Shown here piece after piece: positions 22,526 to 32,419 of a stretch of 64,000 bases of DNA. The DNA is from an uncultured Chloroflexia bacterium (GTDB lineage Bacteria; Chloroflexota; Anaerolineae; Anaerolineales; RBG-16-64-43). A program made the translations under genes and the position numbers. A model generated the notes under the pieces. The model was given only the letters and a program-made list of their open reading frames with translations, was not told the DNA's origin and ran no database searches. The stretch is from contig CAWADT010000006.1 in the NCBI GenBank assembly GCA_963780865.1, positions 20,858 through 84,857 of the forward strand, in the 5' to 3' direction. The first letter of the stretch is position 1. Every line of letters begins with the position of its first letter.

Positions 22526-23925
22526 AGGGTGCCGCGATTCGGCTCGCGCCGGTTGCGGAGATAGAATTGGGCGCCGGATCGCATGAATCGATACCAAGGG
22601 AATACTGCCCGGAAACCGGTGGAACTTTTCAGCGCCTTACCAAGGCATACGCTCGCCGAACCGATCCTGCCGGCGGAGAGGGCGCGAAGGTAACAATTTA
22701 AATACAGGGTAATGACCTCACGCCGATCCACCGGGGGGACGATTCCGATCTTCACGGCATCCTGCCATAACCGATCCACCACCGCCGGCGGCGTTGGATG
22801 CCGATCGCTGCTGATGCAATCCTGCGCCAGTTTTACCAGATCGCGCGTCGAGCCGATGTTCGGGTTCCCCGCGGTGAGCAATCCGTTCCCGGTTCCCAAT
22901 GCATAGGAAAGCCAGACAGTCCACCACCAGCGGAACAGGATCCGGACTTTTTCCTCCTCCGGTGCTGGAAGCGCAAGGATCGGAAGCGTCAGATCGAGAA
23001 AATCGTCCAAGCCGATCGGCGCAAGGCCGTTCTCTGCGGAGAGTTGGTGAAACGATTCCCGCCAATTCTTTAATTGAATGAATGCGGTTTCCTGCCGAAA
23101 TCGTTTCACTTCCTTGAGGGCTTCCCCCGCCTGGAAGGGAAAACCCCGCGACCACAGATACCACGCCAGCCAGAGATTGGTCGCATTCCGGATCGAATCT
23201 TCCTTTGGGCAAAGTTCCGCAGGCAGCTGTGGGGAGGCGAAAACTTTATCGAGAGCACGGAGGAGAAAGAACGCCTGGCGGGGGGCATTTTGCATGATGC
23301 TGACCGGATGTTGGCGGTAACCATAAGTGGTTTTCCGGAGCCAGCCTATCTTTCCACCTGCGAGAAGAATCCGGAAAACCAGATCGGTATCCATCGACGC
23401 GTCAGATTCCGGATCGAATCCGCCAACCCGATCGAGGATCTCCCGCCGGAACAATTTTGAACAGAGCATGGTCGGTTTCCAGATTAAGCAGGATTCCAGA
23501 TCAAACACCGGCGCATGTTCCCAGGGGGCGATCTCGGCGAGATTCTTTCCCTGGACATCGACAATTTGCCATCCTGAGGAAACGACATCCAATGACGGTT
23601 CGGCGGAAAAACAGCCCAGGGCATCGCGGAGGGCTTCCGGGTAGAGATAATAATCATCGGAATCTAAAAACGCAATCCAGCGTCCGCCGGCGTGGGTTAA
23701 GGCTGTGTTGCGGGCATGCGCCGCTCCCCGATGGTCCAGGAAATAAGGCCGGATCTTCTCACCGTATGATTCCAGCAGTGCCCGAGTTCCATCCGTGGAG
23801 CCGTCATCCACGACAAGAATTTCTTTGGATGCGGACGATTGCATCAAGGCGCTGTCGATCGCCTGACGCAGGGTGCCGGCGCGATTATAGGTGGCGATCA
23901 GTATGCTGATATCCACGGAACTCAT
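22522..23925 (-). CDS. family 2 glycosyltransferase, paralogue of 21068-22525 with the same C-terminal extension
   Basis: ISILIATYNRAGTLRQAIDSALMQ...EILVVDDGSTDGT and FLDSDD. The C-terminal halves are colinear (for example EVITLYLNCYL against EVTTLYLTVFA). Confidence 0.8.
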   Translation of the reverse strand: MSSVDISILIATYNRAGTLRQAIDSALMQSSASKEILVVDDGSTDGTRALLESYGEKIRPYFLDHRGAAHARNTALTHAGGRWIAFLDSDDYYLYPEALRDALGCFSAEPSLDVVSSGWQIVDVQGKNLAEIAPWEHAPVFDLESCLIWKPTMLCSKLFRREILDRVGGFDPESDASMDTDLVFRILLAGGKIGWLRKTTYGYRQHPVSIMQNAPRQAFFLLRALDKVFASPQLPAELCPKEDSIRNATNLWLAWYLWSRGFPFQAGEALKEVKRFRQETAFIQLKNWRESFHQLSAENGLAPIGLDDFLDLTLPILALPAPEEEKVRILFRWWWTVWLSYALGTGNGLLTAGNPNIGSTRDLVKLAQDCISSDRHPTPPAVVDRLWQDAVKIGIVPPVDRREVITLYLNCYLRALSAGRIGSASVCLGKALKSSTGFRAVFPWYRFMRSGAQFYLRNRREPNRGTL

Positions 23926-24833
23926 GCGGTCCTTGCCGGCGGAATGGAACGGCGCTGCCGGGCCGGCCGTTCCCAGCGAATGCCGGCGCTATGGGCAAGG
24001 ATTCCACCCCAAACCAGCAAACCTTCCCGCAGGCCCGGTCCTTTTTGGCGCATGGTTCGCAATAGAGTGAGGTGGAATTGCGGCCGGCGGCGCTGCCCGA
24101 TATTCAGCGGGATGCCGAGGCTTTGGAGATGATCCCGCATCAGTGCATACCCGCGTCCGTATTGGAATTGTTGTCGCAGGTATCGGCCGGCGGTGCGCGG
24201 ATGGGCGTGGCGCAGGCGCGCTTCCGGGACGTAATGCTGTCGATATCCGCGCGCGCATAAACGATGGCTCAGATCCAGATCCTCCGCGCCGGGGCGGGGG
24301 AAGCAATCCGCGAATCCACCCAGTTCAAGAAACACGTCGCGGCGATAGATGGCATTGTTGCTCATTAACAGATACGGATCCCCGTTGGGCAAATGCTGAT
24401 ACCCCCGGTAAAACTCCAGAAAATATTGATAGGCGCGCGCCGAAAAATTTTCCGGGAATAGGTTGAGAGTTTGCCCGCCGCACGCGTGCCAAGGCGATTG
24501 CCAGATCCCGGTGGCCATCTCGCGCAGCCAGCCGGGTTCGAGAACGCAATCATCGTCCAGGAAGGCCACCAGATCCGCTTCGGCATGACGTGCGCCGAGA
24601 TTGCGCGCGGCGGCTGGACCCTGCGCGGGGGTGGAGAGCAAAGTGGCGGAGTTGGAATCGAAGAAACGCCCGGTGATGATCGCCGAGGGATCCTGGCCGC
24701 CATCGTTAATCACAATCAGCCGCCAATTCTCGCGCGGGTAGTCCTGCCGGGCGAGACTTTCCACGCACTGGGTTAGGTATTCCAAACGATCTTTGGTCGG
24801 GAGTACAACGCTAATCCGGGGAAGATTTATCAC
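23922..24833 (-). CDS. family 2 glycosyltransferase
   Basis: ISVVLPTKDRLEYLTQCVESLARQDYP...LIVINDGGQD and FLDDDC. Stop and next start overlap as ATGA. Confidence 0.8.
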   Translation of the reverse strand: MINLPRISVVLPTKDRLEYLTQCVESLARQDYPRENWRLIVINDGGQDPSAIITGRFFDSNSATLLSTPAQGPAAARNLGARHAEADLVAFLDDDCVLEPGWLREMATGIWQSPWHACGGQTLNLFPENFSARAYQYFLEFYRGYQHLPNGDPYLLMSNNAIYRRDVFLELGGFADCFPRPGAEDLDLSHRLCARGYRQHYVPEARLRHAHPRTAGRYLRQQFQYGRGYALMRDHLQSLGIPLNIGQRRRPQFHLTLLRTMRQKGPGLREGLLVWGGILAHSAGIRWERPARQRRSIPPARTA

Positions 24834-24838
24834 GGACG

Positions 24839-25996
24839 CTAATGCCGGATAACCATGCGGATGGAATCCAAGAAAACCTTGGAGACCGAAGTGGCTTCAA
24901 AGTGCTGCGCGACCAGCAAGCCTCGCGCGGAAAATTCCTGCGCGAGCGCCGGATCTTCCAGAAGGCGTTGGATGCGATTGGCAAAAAGCGTGGTGTCCTG
25001 CGGATCGACAATAAAACTGTTTTCTCCATTTTGCAGGTAATCTGCAACACCCGCGAACGACGAGCATATTACCGGCACCCCGCTGGCCATGGCTTCAATC
25101 ACGACCACCCCAAAGGTATCCTCGCGGGAGGGGAGGATGAACATCTTCGCCCGGGCATACTCGGAGGAAATGCTCGCCGGATCCACAAAGCCGGCGAATT
25201 GGACCCGATCGGATAACCCGGCCAATCTTGCCTTCTTTTCCAGTTTATTCCGAAGCGACCCGGTGCCGACGATGCGCAAGAGGACATCGGGTTTTGCGGC
25301 GGCCACCTGGAAAAACGCCTCCAGCAAGAGATCAATGCCTTTCCGTTCGGTGAGCGAACCCACGAACAGAATGGGTGGTCGGGAATCCGCCTGGCTGCGC
25401 CTGGCTGCTTCGGCTTTCGTGGTGAACCGCGCCGTATCGTAAACCTGGGATGCCTCCAAAACGAATTTCGGATCCGCACCCAGGTGAATGAGATTCTCAC
25501 AGGCGCTGCGGCTGGTTCCCAAATACCCCTGGGCCCGGGGGACGATGATCCGGCGGGTCCACCGTTGGCCGCGGGAAAGCGCGCGGTCCGTGAAGGCTGT
25601 GCATTCCGACCAGGTGATATAGGGGCGACGGAATAAACGGCAATACACCAGGGCGGTTATCGCCGGGATGGAAAACTCATAGCCGATGATGACATCCGGC
25701 CGAAACCGGATCAGTTCGAAAAAAAGCGTAGGATTGAAGAACAGGGTTCGGTTTTCATGGTAATGGGTTTTGGGGAGTTGAATCGAGAAACCGGGCAAGA
25801 CGCGATTGGGAAACGCCAGAGTCGCCGGATCGATTTCCCATTTTCGCTCCCAACTCCGGAATGTGCTGAACAAGACGAGCAGCTCCACGGCGCCGGATTG
25901 ATGGATCGCCCGGAAGAGTGGAATTCGATACGGCATGATTTCATTATTCAGAAGGACAACGCGGGGGAGAGCGCGGACGGAGGATGAAGGGGCCAT
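24839..25996 (-). CDS. family 4 (GT-B, group 1) glycosyltransferase
   Basis: ILFVGSLTERKGIDLLLEAF...FILPSREDTFGVVVIEAMASGVPVI (E-x7-E region). Confidence 0.85.
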   Translation of the reverse strand: MAPSSSVRALPRVVLLNNEIMPYRIPLFRAIHQSGAVELLVLFSTFRSWERKWEIDPATLAFPNRVLPGFSIQLPKTHYHENRTLFFNPTLFFELIRFRPDVIIGYEFSIPAITALVYCRLFRRPYITWSECTAFTDRALSRGQRWTRRIIVPRAQGYLGTSRSACENLIHLGADPKFVLEASQVYDTARFTTKAEAARRSQADSRPPILFVGSLTERKGIDLLLEAFFQVAAAKPDVLLRIVGTGSLRNKLEKKARLAGLSDRVQFAGFVDPASISSEYARAKMFILPSREDTFGVVVIEAMASGVPVICSSFAGVADYLQNGENSFIVDPQDTTLFANRIQRLLEDPALAQEFSARGLLVAQHFEATSVSKVFLDSIRMVIRH

Positions 25997-26012
25997 TCGC
26001 GGAGGATCCTTC

Positions 26013-26588
26013 CTATTTGCCCATCGCCTGCAGCGCCAGCCGCAGCCTGGTTTCCGTATCCGGCGGCGCGTCCGCCGGGATTCGCTGCAGGGCGGTTTGC
26101 GCTTCCACGATGGAATACCCCAGCGCGGTGAGCGCCGCGATGACTTCGGTGTCGGTTTCGCTCCAGCCCGGCGCGCCCGCGCCGCCTTCTCCGGCCAATT
26201 TATCTTTCAAATGAAAGACGATCTTCTCGGCAGTCTTCTTGCCCACGCCGGGAATTCCGGACAAACGGTCGGGCGCGTTGCGCGCGATCGCCTGCCGCAA
26301 CGCATCGGTGGAAAAGTGCGACAGCAGCGAGAGCGCCACCTTGGGGCCGATTCCGCTCACGCCCAGCAGCAGTTCGAAGAAGGCCAGCTGGTCGGGGGTT
26401 TCAAACCCAAAGAGGGCCAGCGCGTCCTCCCGTACGAGCAGATGGGTGAACAGCGCCAGGGTTTGGCCGGGGCGGGCGCGGGCGGCGAGCGGAACCGGAA
26501 CCGAAACCCGGATCCCCATCCCGCCGAGATCGATCACCACCCAGGCGTCCCCCGATTGCTGGACGTTCCCGCGAATGGATGCGATCAC
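26013..26588 (-). CDS. ruvA: Holliday junction DNA helicase subunit RuvA
   Basis: (V)IASIRGNV..., LLGVSGIGPKVALSLLS, and the IPGVGKKTAEKI HhH motifs. GTG start at 26588 overlaps the ruvC stop as GTGA. Confidence 0.9.
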   Translation of the reverse strand: MIASIRGNVQQSGDAWVVIDLGGMGIRVSVPVPLAARARPGQTLALFTHLLVREDALALFGFETPDQLAFFELLLGVSGIGPKVALSLLSHFSTDALRQAIARNAPDRLSGIPGVGKKTAEKIVFHLKDKLAGEGGAGAPGWSETDTEVIAALTALGYSIVEAQTALQRIPADAPPDTETRLRLALQAMGK

Positions 26589-27082
26589 TTGGCCTCCGCA
26601 GAGAGTTGGGCGATTTTGTAGGAATGGGCGTGGCAGATCGCCACCGCCAGCGCGTCGGCCGCGTCGTCCGGTTTGGGCGCTTCCGGAAGCGAGAGCAGCG
26701 CGCGCACCATGGCTTGCACCTGCCGCTTTTCGGCCCCGCCGTAGCCGGCCACCGCCTGCTTCACTTGCATCGGCGTATACTCGCTCACCGGCACGCCGCC
26801 GCGGGCGAGGGTCAGCAGGATCACCCCGCGCGCCTGGCCGACGGTGATGGCGGTGCGGACGTTTTTTTGGAAAAACAAACTCTCCACCGCCGCACTGTCC
26901 GGCGCGTGGAGAGCGAGCAATTCGGTCAGCCGGTCGTGAAGCTCCAGGAGCCGGCGGGGCATCGGCAATTCGGCGCCGGTGCACACCGTCCCGAAGGCGA
27001 TCAGCGTAAGCCTCCCGGCGGATTCCTCGATCACCCCGTATCCGGTCGTCGCGGTGCCGGGATCGATGCCCACGACGCGCAT
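26585..27082 (-). CDS. ruvC: crossover junction endodeoxyribonuclease RuvC
   Basis: MRVVGIDPGTATTGYGVIE ... ESLFFQKN ... DAADALAVAICH catalytic acidic residues. Confidence 0.9.
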   Translation of the reverse strand: MRVVGIDPGTATTGYGVIEESAGRLTLIAFGTVCTGAELPMPRRLLELHDRLTELLALHAPDSAAVESLFFQKNVRTAITVGQARGVILLTLARGGVPVSEYTPMQVKQAVAGYGGAEKRQVQAMVRALLSLPEAPKPDDAADALAVAICHAHSYKIAQLSAEAK

Positions 27083-27093
27083 GATGGCCGCCC

Positions 27094-27852
27094 CTATCCG
27101 GCGGCTTCCATTGCCGCCACCGCTTCGTCGGTTATCAGCAGATTGGTATAAACCATATTCACATCATCCAGCTCTTCGAGCGATTCGATGACTTTCATCA
27201 CCTGCACGGTTTGATCCGGTTCCAACTCGGTTTGCTGGTTGGGCTCCATCCGCAGCGCGGATTCCTCGGGTTTGATCCCCTCCTTGCGCAACCTTTCGCT
27301 GACGGATTTGAAGGCTTCCACAGGGGCGTAGATTTCGATCGTTTCTTTGCCGATCTGCACGTCGTCGGCGCCGGCGTCGACCGCGAGTTCGAACACCGTA
27401 TCCGGGTTGTGCCCGGCGGTCGGGACGGAGAAGTAGGTTTTGCGGGCGAACTGCCAGGCGACCGATCCGCCTTCGCCCAGGCTTCCGCCCGCGCGGGAGA
27501 GAATCCGCCGGATCTCCGACACCGCGCGGTTGCGGTTGTCGGTTACCACGTCGATCAGCAAGGCGATCCCGTGCGGGGCATAGCCTTCATAGGTCACCTG
27601 CTCGATCGTGCCGCCTTCCTTGTCCTCGCCGGTCCCGCGTTTGATGGCGCGCTCGACGTTCTCCTTGGGCATGTTATTGGCCCGGGCTTTTTCGATCGCC
27701 AGCCGCAGTTTGAAGTTGCTTTCCGAATCGCCCCCGCCTTCGCGCGCCGCCAGCACGATCTCGCGCGCGAGCCTCGTGAAGAGCTGGCCGCGCTTGGCGT
27801 CGGCCGTCCCTTTTTTGCGTTTGATGGTTGCCCATTTCGAATGGCCGGACAT
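27094..27852 (-). CDS. YebC/PmpR family DNA-binding transcriptional regulator
   Basis: MSGHSKWATIKRKKGTADAKRGQLFTRLAREI is the invariant YebC N-terminus. 252 aa. Confidence 0.9.
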   Translation of the reverse strand: MSGHSKWATIKRKKGTADAKRGQLFTRLAREIVLAAREGGGDSESNFKLRLAIEKARANNMPKENVERAIKRGTGEDKEGGTIEQVTYEGYAPHGIALLIDVVTDNRNRAVSEIRRILSRAGGSLGEGGSVAWQFARKTYFSVPTAGHNPDTVFELAVDAGADDVQIGKETIEIYAPVEAFKSVSERLRKEGIKPEESALRMEPNQQTELEPDQTVQVMKVIESLEELDDVNMVYTNLLITDEAVAAMEAAG

Positions 27853-28213
27853 GGGAATTTCTCCTGACTTAAGCGCCTTGGCGCGAAGGATCGGAGTTCG
27901 TCAAACAGGCGGATTATACCATCCCCCTCCTCTTTCCTCCCCCATTTATCCGCCGGCAAAATTCGATCGGGCGTTTATTTTGGATTTTTTTCCAAACGAT
28001 CCGGGTTTGGATAAACGGGGGAGGATGAAGGAGGGGGGAGCGGCCGTCAAGCCCTAGGCGGCGGGATTCGCCCGTGAATCCCGCGATCGATAACCTTATT
28101 TCACTAAACTAGTTCTACGTCTGCAATCGGGGAAATTTGCCGTTTCCCAAGGGCGCAATGTTATAATTTTTTTTGGTAAAAAATATTTTAAGTCGCCTCG
28201 GCCAGGAGGAAAG

Positions 28214-29345
28214 TTGAAAAAAGCATTCTTCATCTTGTTTTTGTTGGCGCTGCTTATGGCAGGATGCAAAACGGCTTCCAACCAGGCTCCGTCTCTCGAG
28301 CCAGCCTCCGCCCGGGCAGTCACCGCCTCGTCCACAGCTTTGGTTTCCCCGACCCTGGAGATGCAGGAACAGGCAACGGTAACACCCCGGAATACGGAAA
28401 CCGCCACGCCCCTTGCCCATTTGGGGATGGGGGACGGGCATCTGGTCGTTTATTCGCCCGACGGCAAATTTCTGGCCATCGGTTTTGCCAATGGAATTGC
28501 CGTGCTGGATGCACGCACGCTTCAGGAATTAAAACTTATCCGTAGCTCTTCCTATGTTAGCTTCGTCCTATTTTCTTCCGACAGCCGATTCCTGATCACC
28601 AGCGGGTCGGAAGAGGGAACCGTCGAATTTCGGAACGTGGACGATTGGTCGCTGGCGAGGACGATGACGATTGGCTCCGTCTCGGTGATTGGGGCGGCCG
28701 TCTCTCCTGACGGGAAGCTACTGGCGACGATTAGCGATTTCGGAATATATGATCAGGTTATGGAATCTCTCCGACGGTTCCCTGATTCGCGAGCTCTCCA
28801 GCAATTTCTCGTTTATTCGGTGCTTGGCGTTTTCACCGGACGGAACGATGCTGGCTTCCGGATCGGAGGACTATACCGTGCGGTTGTGGCGCGTCGCGGA
28901 TGGATCCGAACGGATGAAATTGGGCAAGGAATTGGGACCCTCGGCGGGGGCCGAATGGAGCACGGTTCTCAGCGTCGCCTTTTCCCCGGATGGGAAAACG
29001 CTCGCTTCCGCGTCGGGTTACGGATTTATTCATTTGTGGAGCGTCTCGGACGGATCGCAATTGAAAAAAGTCGACGAAAAATTTTCTTTGGAAAGGAAGA
29101 TAAAAGTTGTATTCTCCCCGGACGGGAAGTCGATCGCGTATGGTTCTATGATGGAGAATATTATCCGCGTGAGGAATGCCGCCACAATGGATCTGGCGGC
29201 CACCCTGGAGGGGCATACGGATGTCGTCTTCGATATTGCCTACCGTCCGGATGGGAGCGAGCTGGCTTCGGTTTCGCGAGACGGGACTCTCAGGACGTGG
29301 AAGATGCCGGAAGGATCGGCCTTGGTGACTCTTATCCTCAACTAA
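28214..29345 (+). CDS. WD40-repeat lipoprotein; one frame break
   Basis: TTG start after AGGAGG. Lipobox LLMAGC. Repeated SPDGK/SPDG...LASxS units. ORFs 28214-29506 and 28689-29345 join at about 28731-28760 (..GKLLATISDF / IRLWNLSDGS..). Confidence 0.7.
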
Positions 29346-29575
29346 TCCGTATCCCTGCGTTTTGTCCTCTGGCAAAGGCATCACAGACACCGGAGGAAAT
29401 GAATCGCGACTTCCGCTCGATGCCGGGGTCGGAAAAAATTTTCCCGGGCTACGCTAACGAAAGAAATTGGATATTGGGTCGTGGTTCCTTTTCGGCGCAG
29501 CGGTAAATCCCTCTGAGGTTCGTTCCCGTAGTGAATCGTCAATAAAGCCAAAGTCGATTATTATTATCGCTCATC

Positions 29576-30193
29576 ATGGAAGAACGAACCCTGCTCGATA
29601 ACGCGCGCCGGGGCGATGTAGACGCATTCAACCAATTGGTGCTGGCCCATCAGAGCCACGCCTATTCCTTCGCCTACCGGATGCTCGGCGAGAAGGAAAG
29701 CGCGGCCGACGCCGCGCAGCAGGCGTTCCTCTCCGCCTACCGCCACCTCGGCGAGCTGCGGGGCGAATCGTTCCGATCCTGGCTGCTGCGGATCGTGGCC
29801 AACGCCTGCCTCGACGAACTGCGCCGGCGCAAGCGCCGGCCCGCCGTCTCGCTCGAGGACCTGGCCGCCGGCGAGGACGGAGACCGCAGCGAGGAATCCC
29901 TCTCCATCCTGGCCGATCCGGCCATAGGGCCGGAAGCGGCCGCCATCCGGTCGGACCTACGCCATTCGATCGAGGATTGCCTCGCGCTTCTGCCCCCCGA
30001 GCAGCGCGCGACCGTGCTGCTGGTGGACGTGCACGCCATGGATTACGCCGAGACGGCGCGCACGCTGCGCGTCGCGCTGGGCACCATCAAGAGCCGCGTG
30101 GCCCGCGCCCGGGCCGATCTGCGGGATTGCCTCCGCGCCAAAGGGGAACTTCCGCCGCCGGCGCGCCGTCTGGAGAGTGAGGCGCGCGCATGA
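29576..30193 (+). CDS. ECF-type RNA polymerase sigma factor (sigma-70 family)
   Basis: Region 2 FNQLVLAHQSHAYSFAYRML...WLLRIVANACLDELRRR and region 4 MDYAETARTLRVALGTIKSRVARAR. Confidence 0.85.
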   Translation: MEERTLLDNARRGDVDAFNQLVLAHQSHAYSFAYRMLGEKESAADAAQQAFLSAYRHLGELRGESFRSWLLRIVANACLDELRRRKRRPAVSLEDLAAGEDGDRSEESLSILADPAIGPEAAAIRSDLRHSIEDCLALLPPEQRATVLLVDVHAMDYAETARTLRVALGTIKSRVARARADLRDCLRAKGELPPPARRLESEARA

Positions 30194-31044
30194 ATTCCCC
30201 GGAAAGGCTCGACCCGCAACTGCTGGAATTGTTATCGGCCTATCTCGATGGCCGGCTGGAAGGCGCGGAGAGGACCGCCCTGGAAGCGCGACTTAATAAT
30301 GAAGAGAACCTCCGCCGGCAGCTGGTGGAATTGCGCTCGGTCCGGGATTCACTTCGCGCGCTGCCCTTGTTAACACCGCCGCGCTCGTTTGCGCTGACCC
30401 CGGCGATGGCCGGGAAGGCGGCGGGAAAACCGGCTGTTTTCACACCGCGCCGGATGGCATTCGGCTCGGCGCTGGCCTCTCTGGCGTTTGTCTGTGTGCT
30501 TTCATTGGAAGTGCTTTCCCGCGGGGTTTTCCTTCCAGCGGCGAGCGCTCCCCGGGCGCTATCGGTGAATGAGTCGCTGGCCGGTCCGCGGCCGTCCGAG
30601 ACGGAAACCGGCGCCGGGAAATCCGCCGCGGTCGCCGCCACTTCTGCTCCCGCGGCGACCGAGCTTCCCCCGTCCGCCGCCACTGCGCAGGCGGTCACCG
30701 GCTCCGGCAATTCCGTTCCAACCGAGACGCCCACGGAGGCGCCGGTTACGCCCCTGATGCTTGGAGGCGGCTGCGGAGAATGTTCTCCAACCGAAACGCC
30801 GACAATCGAACCCTCACCGACGGCAACGTTTAATTTTCCCGAATGCGGTTGCCATCCGACGAAGGTGCAGCCGGCTATTTTGGCCTCTACCGCCGTGGTT
30901 TCTCCGAGCAGGAGTTCTCAGCAATCCATCCGCGTTGATGTTCAAACCGCCACCCCGTTTGTGGAGGCGTTCTTCGGGCTGGCCGCCGTCTTGCTGGCCG
31001 CCGCGGCCGCGCTGACCGCAGTTTTCTCGCGCCGGCGGCATTGA
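30190..31044 (+). CDS. putative anti-sigma factor, membrane-anchored with a Pro/Thr/Ala-rich outer region
   Basis: 4-nt overlap with the sigma gene. N-terminal LLELLSAYLDGRLEGAERTALEARL is typical of anti-sigma N-domains. One central and one C-terminal TM segment. Confidence 0.65.
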   Translation: MNSPERLDPQLLELLSAYLDGRLEGAERTALEARLNNEENLRRQLVELRSVRDSLRALPLLTPPRSFALTPAMAGKAAGKPAVFTPRRMAFGSALASLAFVCVLSLEVLSRGVFLPAASAPRALSVNESLAGPRPSETETGAGKSAAVAATSAPAATELPPSAATAQAVTGSGNSVPTETPTEAPVTPLMLGGGCGECSPTETPTIEPSPTATFNFPECGCHPTKVQPAILASTAVVSPSRSSQQSIRVDVQTATPFVEAFFGLAAVLLAAAAALTAVFSRRRH

Positions 31045-31053
31045 CCGAGAATT

Positions 31054-31572
31054 TTGAGAATCGATATGCCAAAAAATATTCCCCTAAAAATCCGCCCTCT
31101 CTTGCCGGAGGATTGGCCCGCGGTCAGAGCCATTTTCCAGGAAGGCATTGACACTCGCAATGCCACCTTCGAAGACCAACCCCCGGACTGGGGAGAATGG
31201 GATTCCTCTCATCTCCGGGACGGCAGGATGGTTGCCGCCCTGGATGGAAAGGTGGTCGCCTGGGCGTCGCTCACTTCCGTTTCCGGCCGGTGCGTGTATT
31301 CCGGGGTGGCGGAAGTCAGCATTTATATCGCCGCGGCGATGCGCGGGAAGGGGATCGGCGGAACGCTGCTGGAAGCGCTGATCATGGAATCCGAGCGGAA
31401 AGGGTACTGGACGCTCCAGGCGGGGATCTTCCCGGAAAACGAAGCCTCCATGGCTCTCCATCAAAAATGCGGATTTAAGATCGTCGGCCGGCGCGACCGG
31501 CTTGGCAAGATGGACAACCGTTGGCGGGACGTGATGCTGTTGGAAAGGCGCAGCAGCGTCGCCGGAAGCTAG
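31054..31572 (+). CDS. GNAT N-acetyltransferase (phosphinothricin acetyltransferase-like)
   Basis: IRPLLPEDWPAVRAIFQEGIDTRNATFE ... RGKGIGGTLLEALI ... ENEASMALHQKCGFKIVG. Confidence 0.8.
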   Translation: MRIDMPKNIPLKIRPLLPEDWPAVRAIFQEGIDTRNATFEDQPPDWGEWDSSHLRDGRMVAALDGKVVAWASLTSVSGRCVYSGVAEVSIYIAAAMRGKGIGGTLLEALIMESERKGYWTLQAGIFPENEASMALHQKCGFKIVGRRDRLGKMDNRWRDVMLLERRSSVAGS

Positions 31573-31679
31573 CGGATTTCCTCGGCGCCCGGTTTCCGTT
31601 CCCGAAGGCGCCCCTCGCGTTTTTTCCCACGGCGGATGGTATATAATCTTTGCATTCGCCGTTCCAAGGGGAACGCTCC

Positions 31680-32390
31680 ATGAACTGGCTTCAACGATTA
31701 TTCTCCCGGCCCGAAAAACAACCTCCCCTCGAGCAAAAATCCGCGCCGCCGGCCGCGGTTCCTCCCCCCGCCGCGGCTCCCGTTCTCCCCCCGGCTGCCG
31801 ATTCCCGCGACCAAGCCGAGAGCCATCTGCGCGAGGTGCAGGCCAAAACCAACAAGCTGGCGGAAGACTTCGCCCGCGGGGAAATCAACCGCTCCACCTT
31901 CATTCACCTCTACGAACATTATCAGCAGCAGCGCCAGGCCATCGAGCGGTTGCTGGAGATCTCGCCGGAGAGCTGGCGCGAAGCCGTCAGCCAGGGGAAG
32001 AGCATCGCCATCCGCCGAGAACATTTTGCCAAGCCTCTGGGATTTTCCATCTACGAGAACGCTTCGGGCATGCCGCTTTCGACGCTCGGCAAGTTCGATC
32101 TGGACCCGGCGCTGATGGTGCCGATGCTTTCCTCCTACCGCGAAGCCGCGCGCGAGATGTTCGGCTCGCGGATGCGCTCCACCCAGATCGAGAACGGCCG
32201 TTGGGTGTGCTTCGTCTCGGGTCAATTCACCACGCTGATCGCGCTCTATAACACCGAACCCGCCGCGCGGCAGCTGCAGCTGATGGAAGAGACGCACCTG
32301 TTTTTCGAACGCGCCAACAAGCCCAGGTTGCAGCAATCGCCGATCAACCTCGACGGGATGGTCTTCCCCCACGAGTATTACCTGCAGTAG
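31680..32390 (+). CDS. hypothetical protein: Pro-rich N-terminus, coiled coil, C-terminal Roadblock/LC7-like region (tentative)
   Basis: ATG 31680 follows TATAAT (31642-31647) and AAGGGGA. The C-terminal 120 aa (GFSIYENASGMPLSTLG...RWVCFVSGQFTTLIALYNTE...) has the alternating pattern I associate with Roadblock/MglB folds. 29 nt upstream of a small GTPase gene. Confidence 0.55.
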   Translation: MNWLQRLFSRPEKQPPLEQKSAPPAAVPPPAAAPVLPPAADSRDQAESHLREVQAKTNKLAEDFARGEINRSTFIHLYEHYQQQRQAIERLLEISPESWREAVSQGKSIAIRREHFAKPLGFSIYENASGMPLSTLGKFDLDPALMVPMLSSYREAAREMFGSRMRSTQIENGRWVCFVSGQFTTLIALYNTEPAARQLQLMEETHLFFERANKPRLQQSPINLDGMVFPHEYYLQ

Positions 32391-32419
32391 CCAATCCCCG
32401 CTCTCCAAGGAGCCTGAAG

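Noticed and set aside
28214-29345. WD40 protein as eukaryotic contamination or recent eukaryote-to-bacterium transfer.
   Set aside because: The gene has a bacterial RBS, a lipoprotein signal peptide with a lipobox, and host-like high GC. Bacterial WD40 lipoproteins are common.
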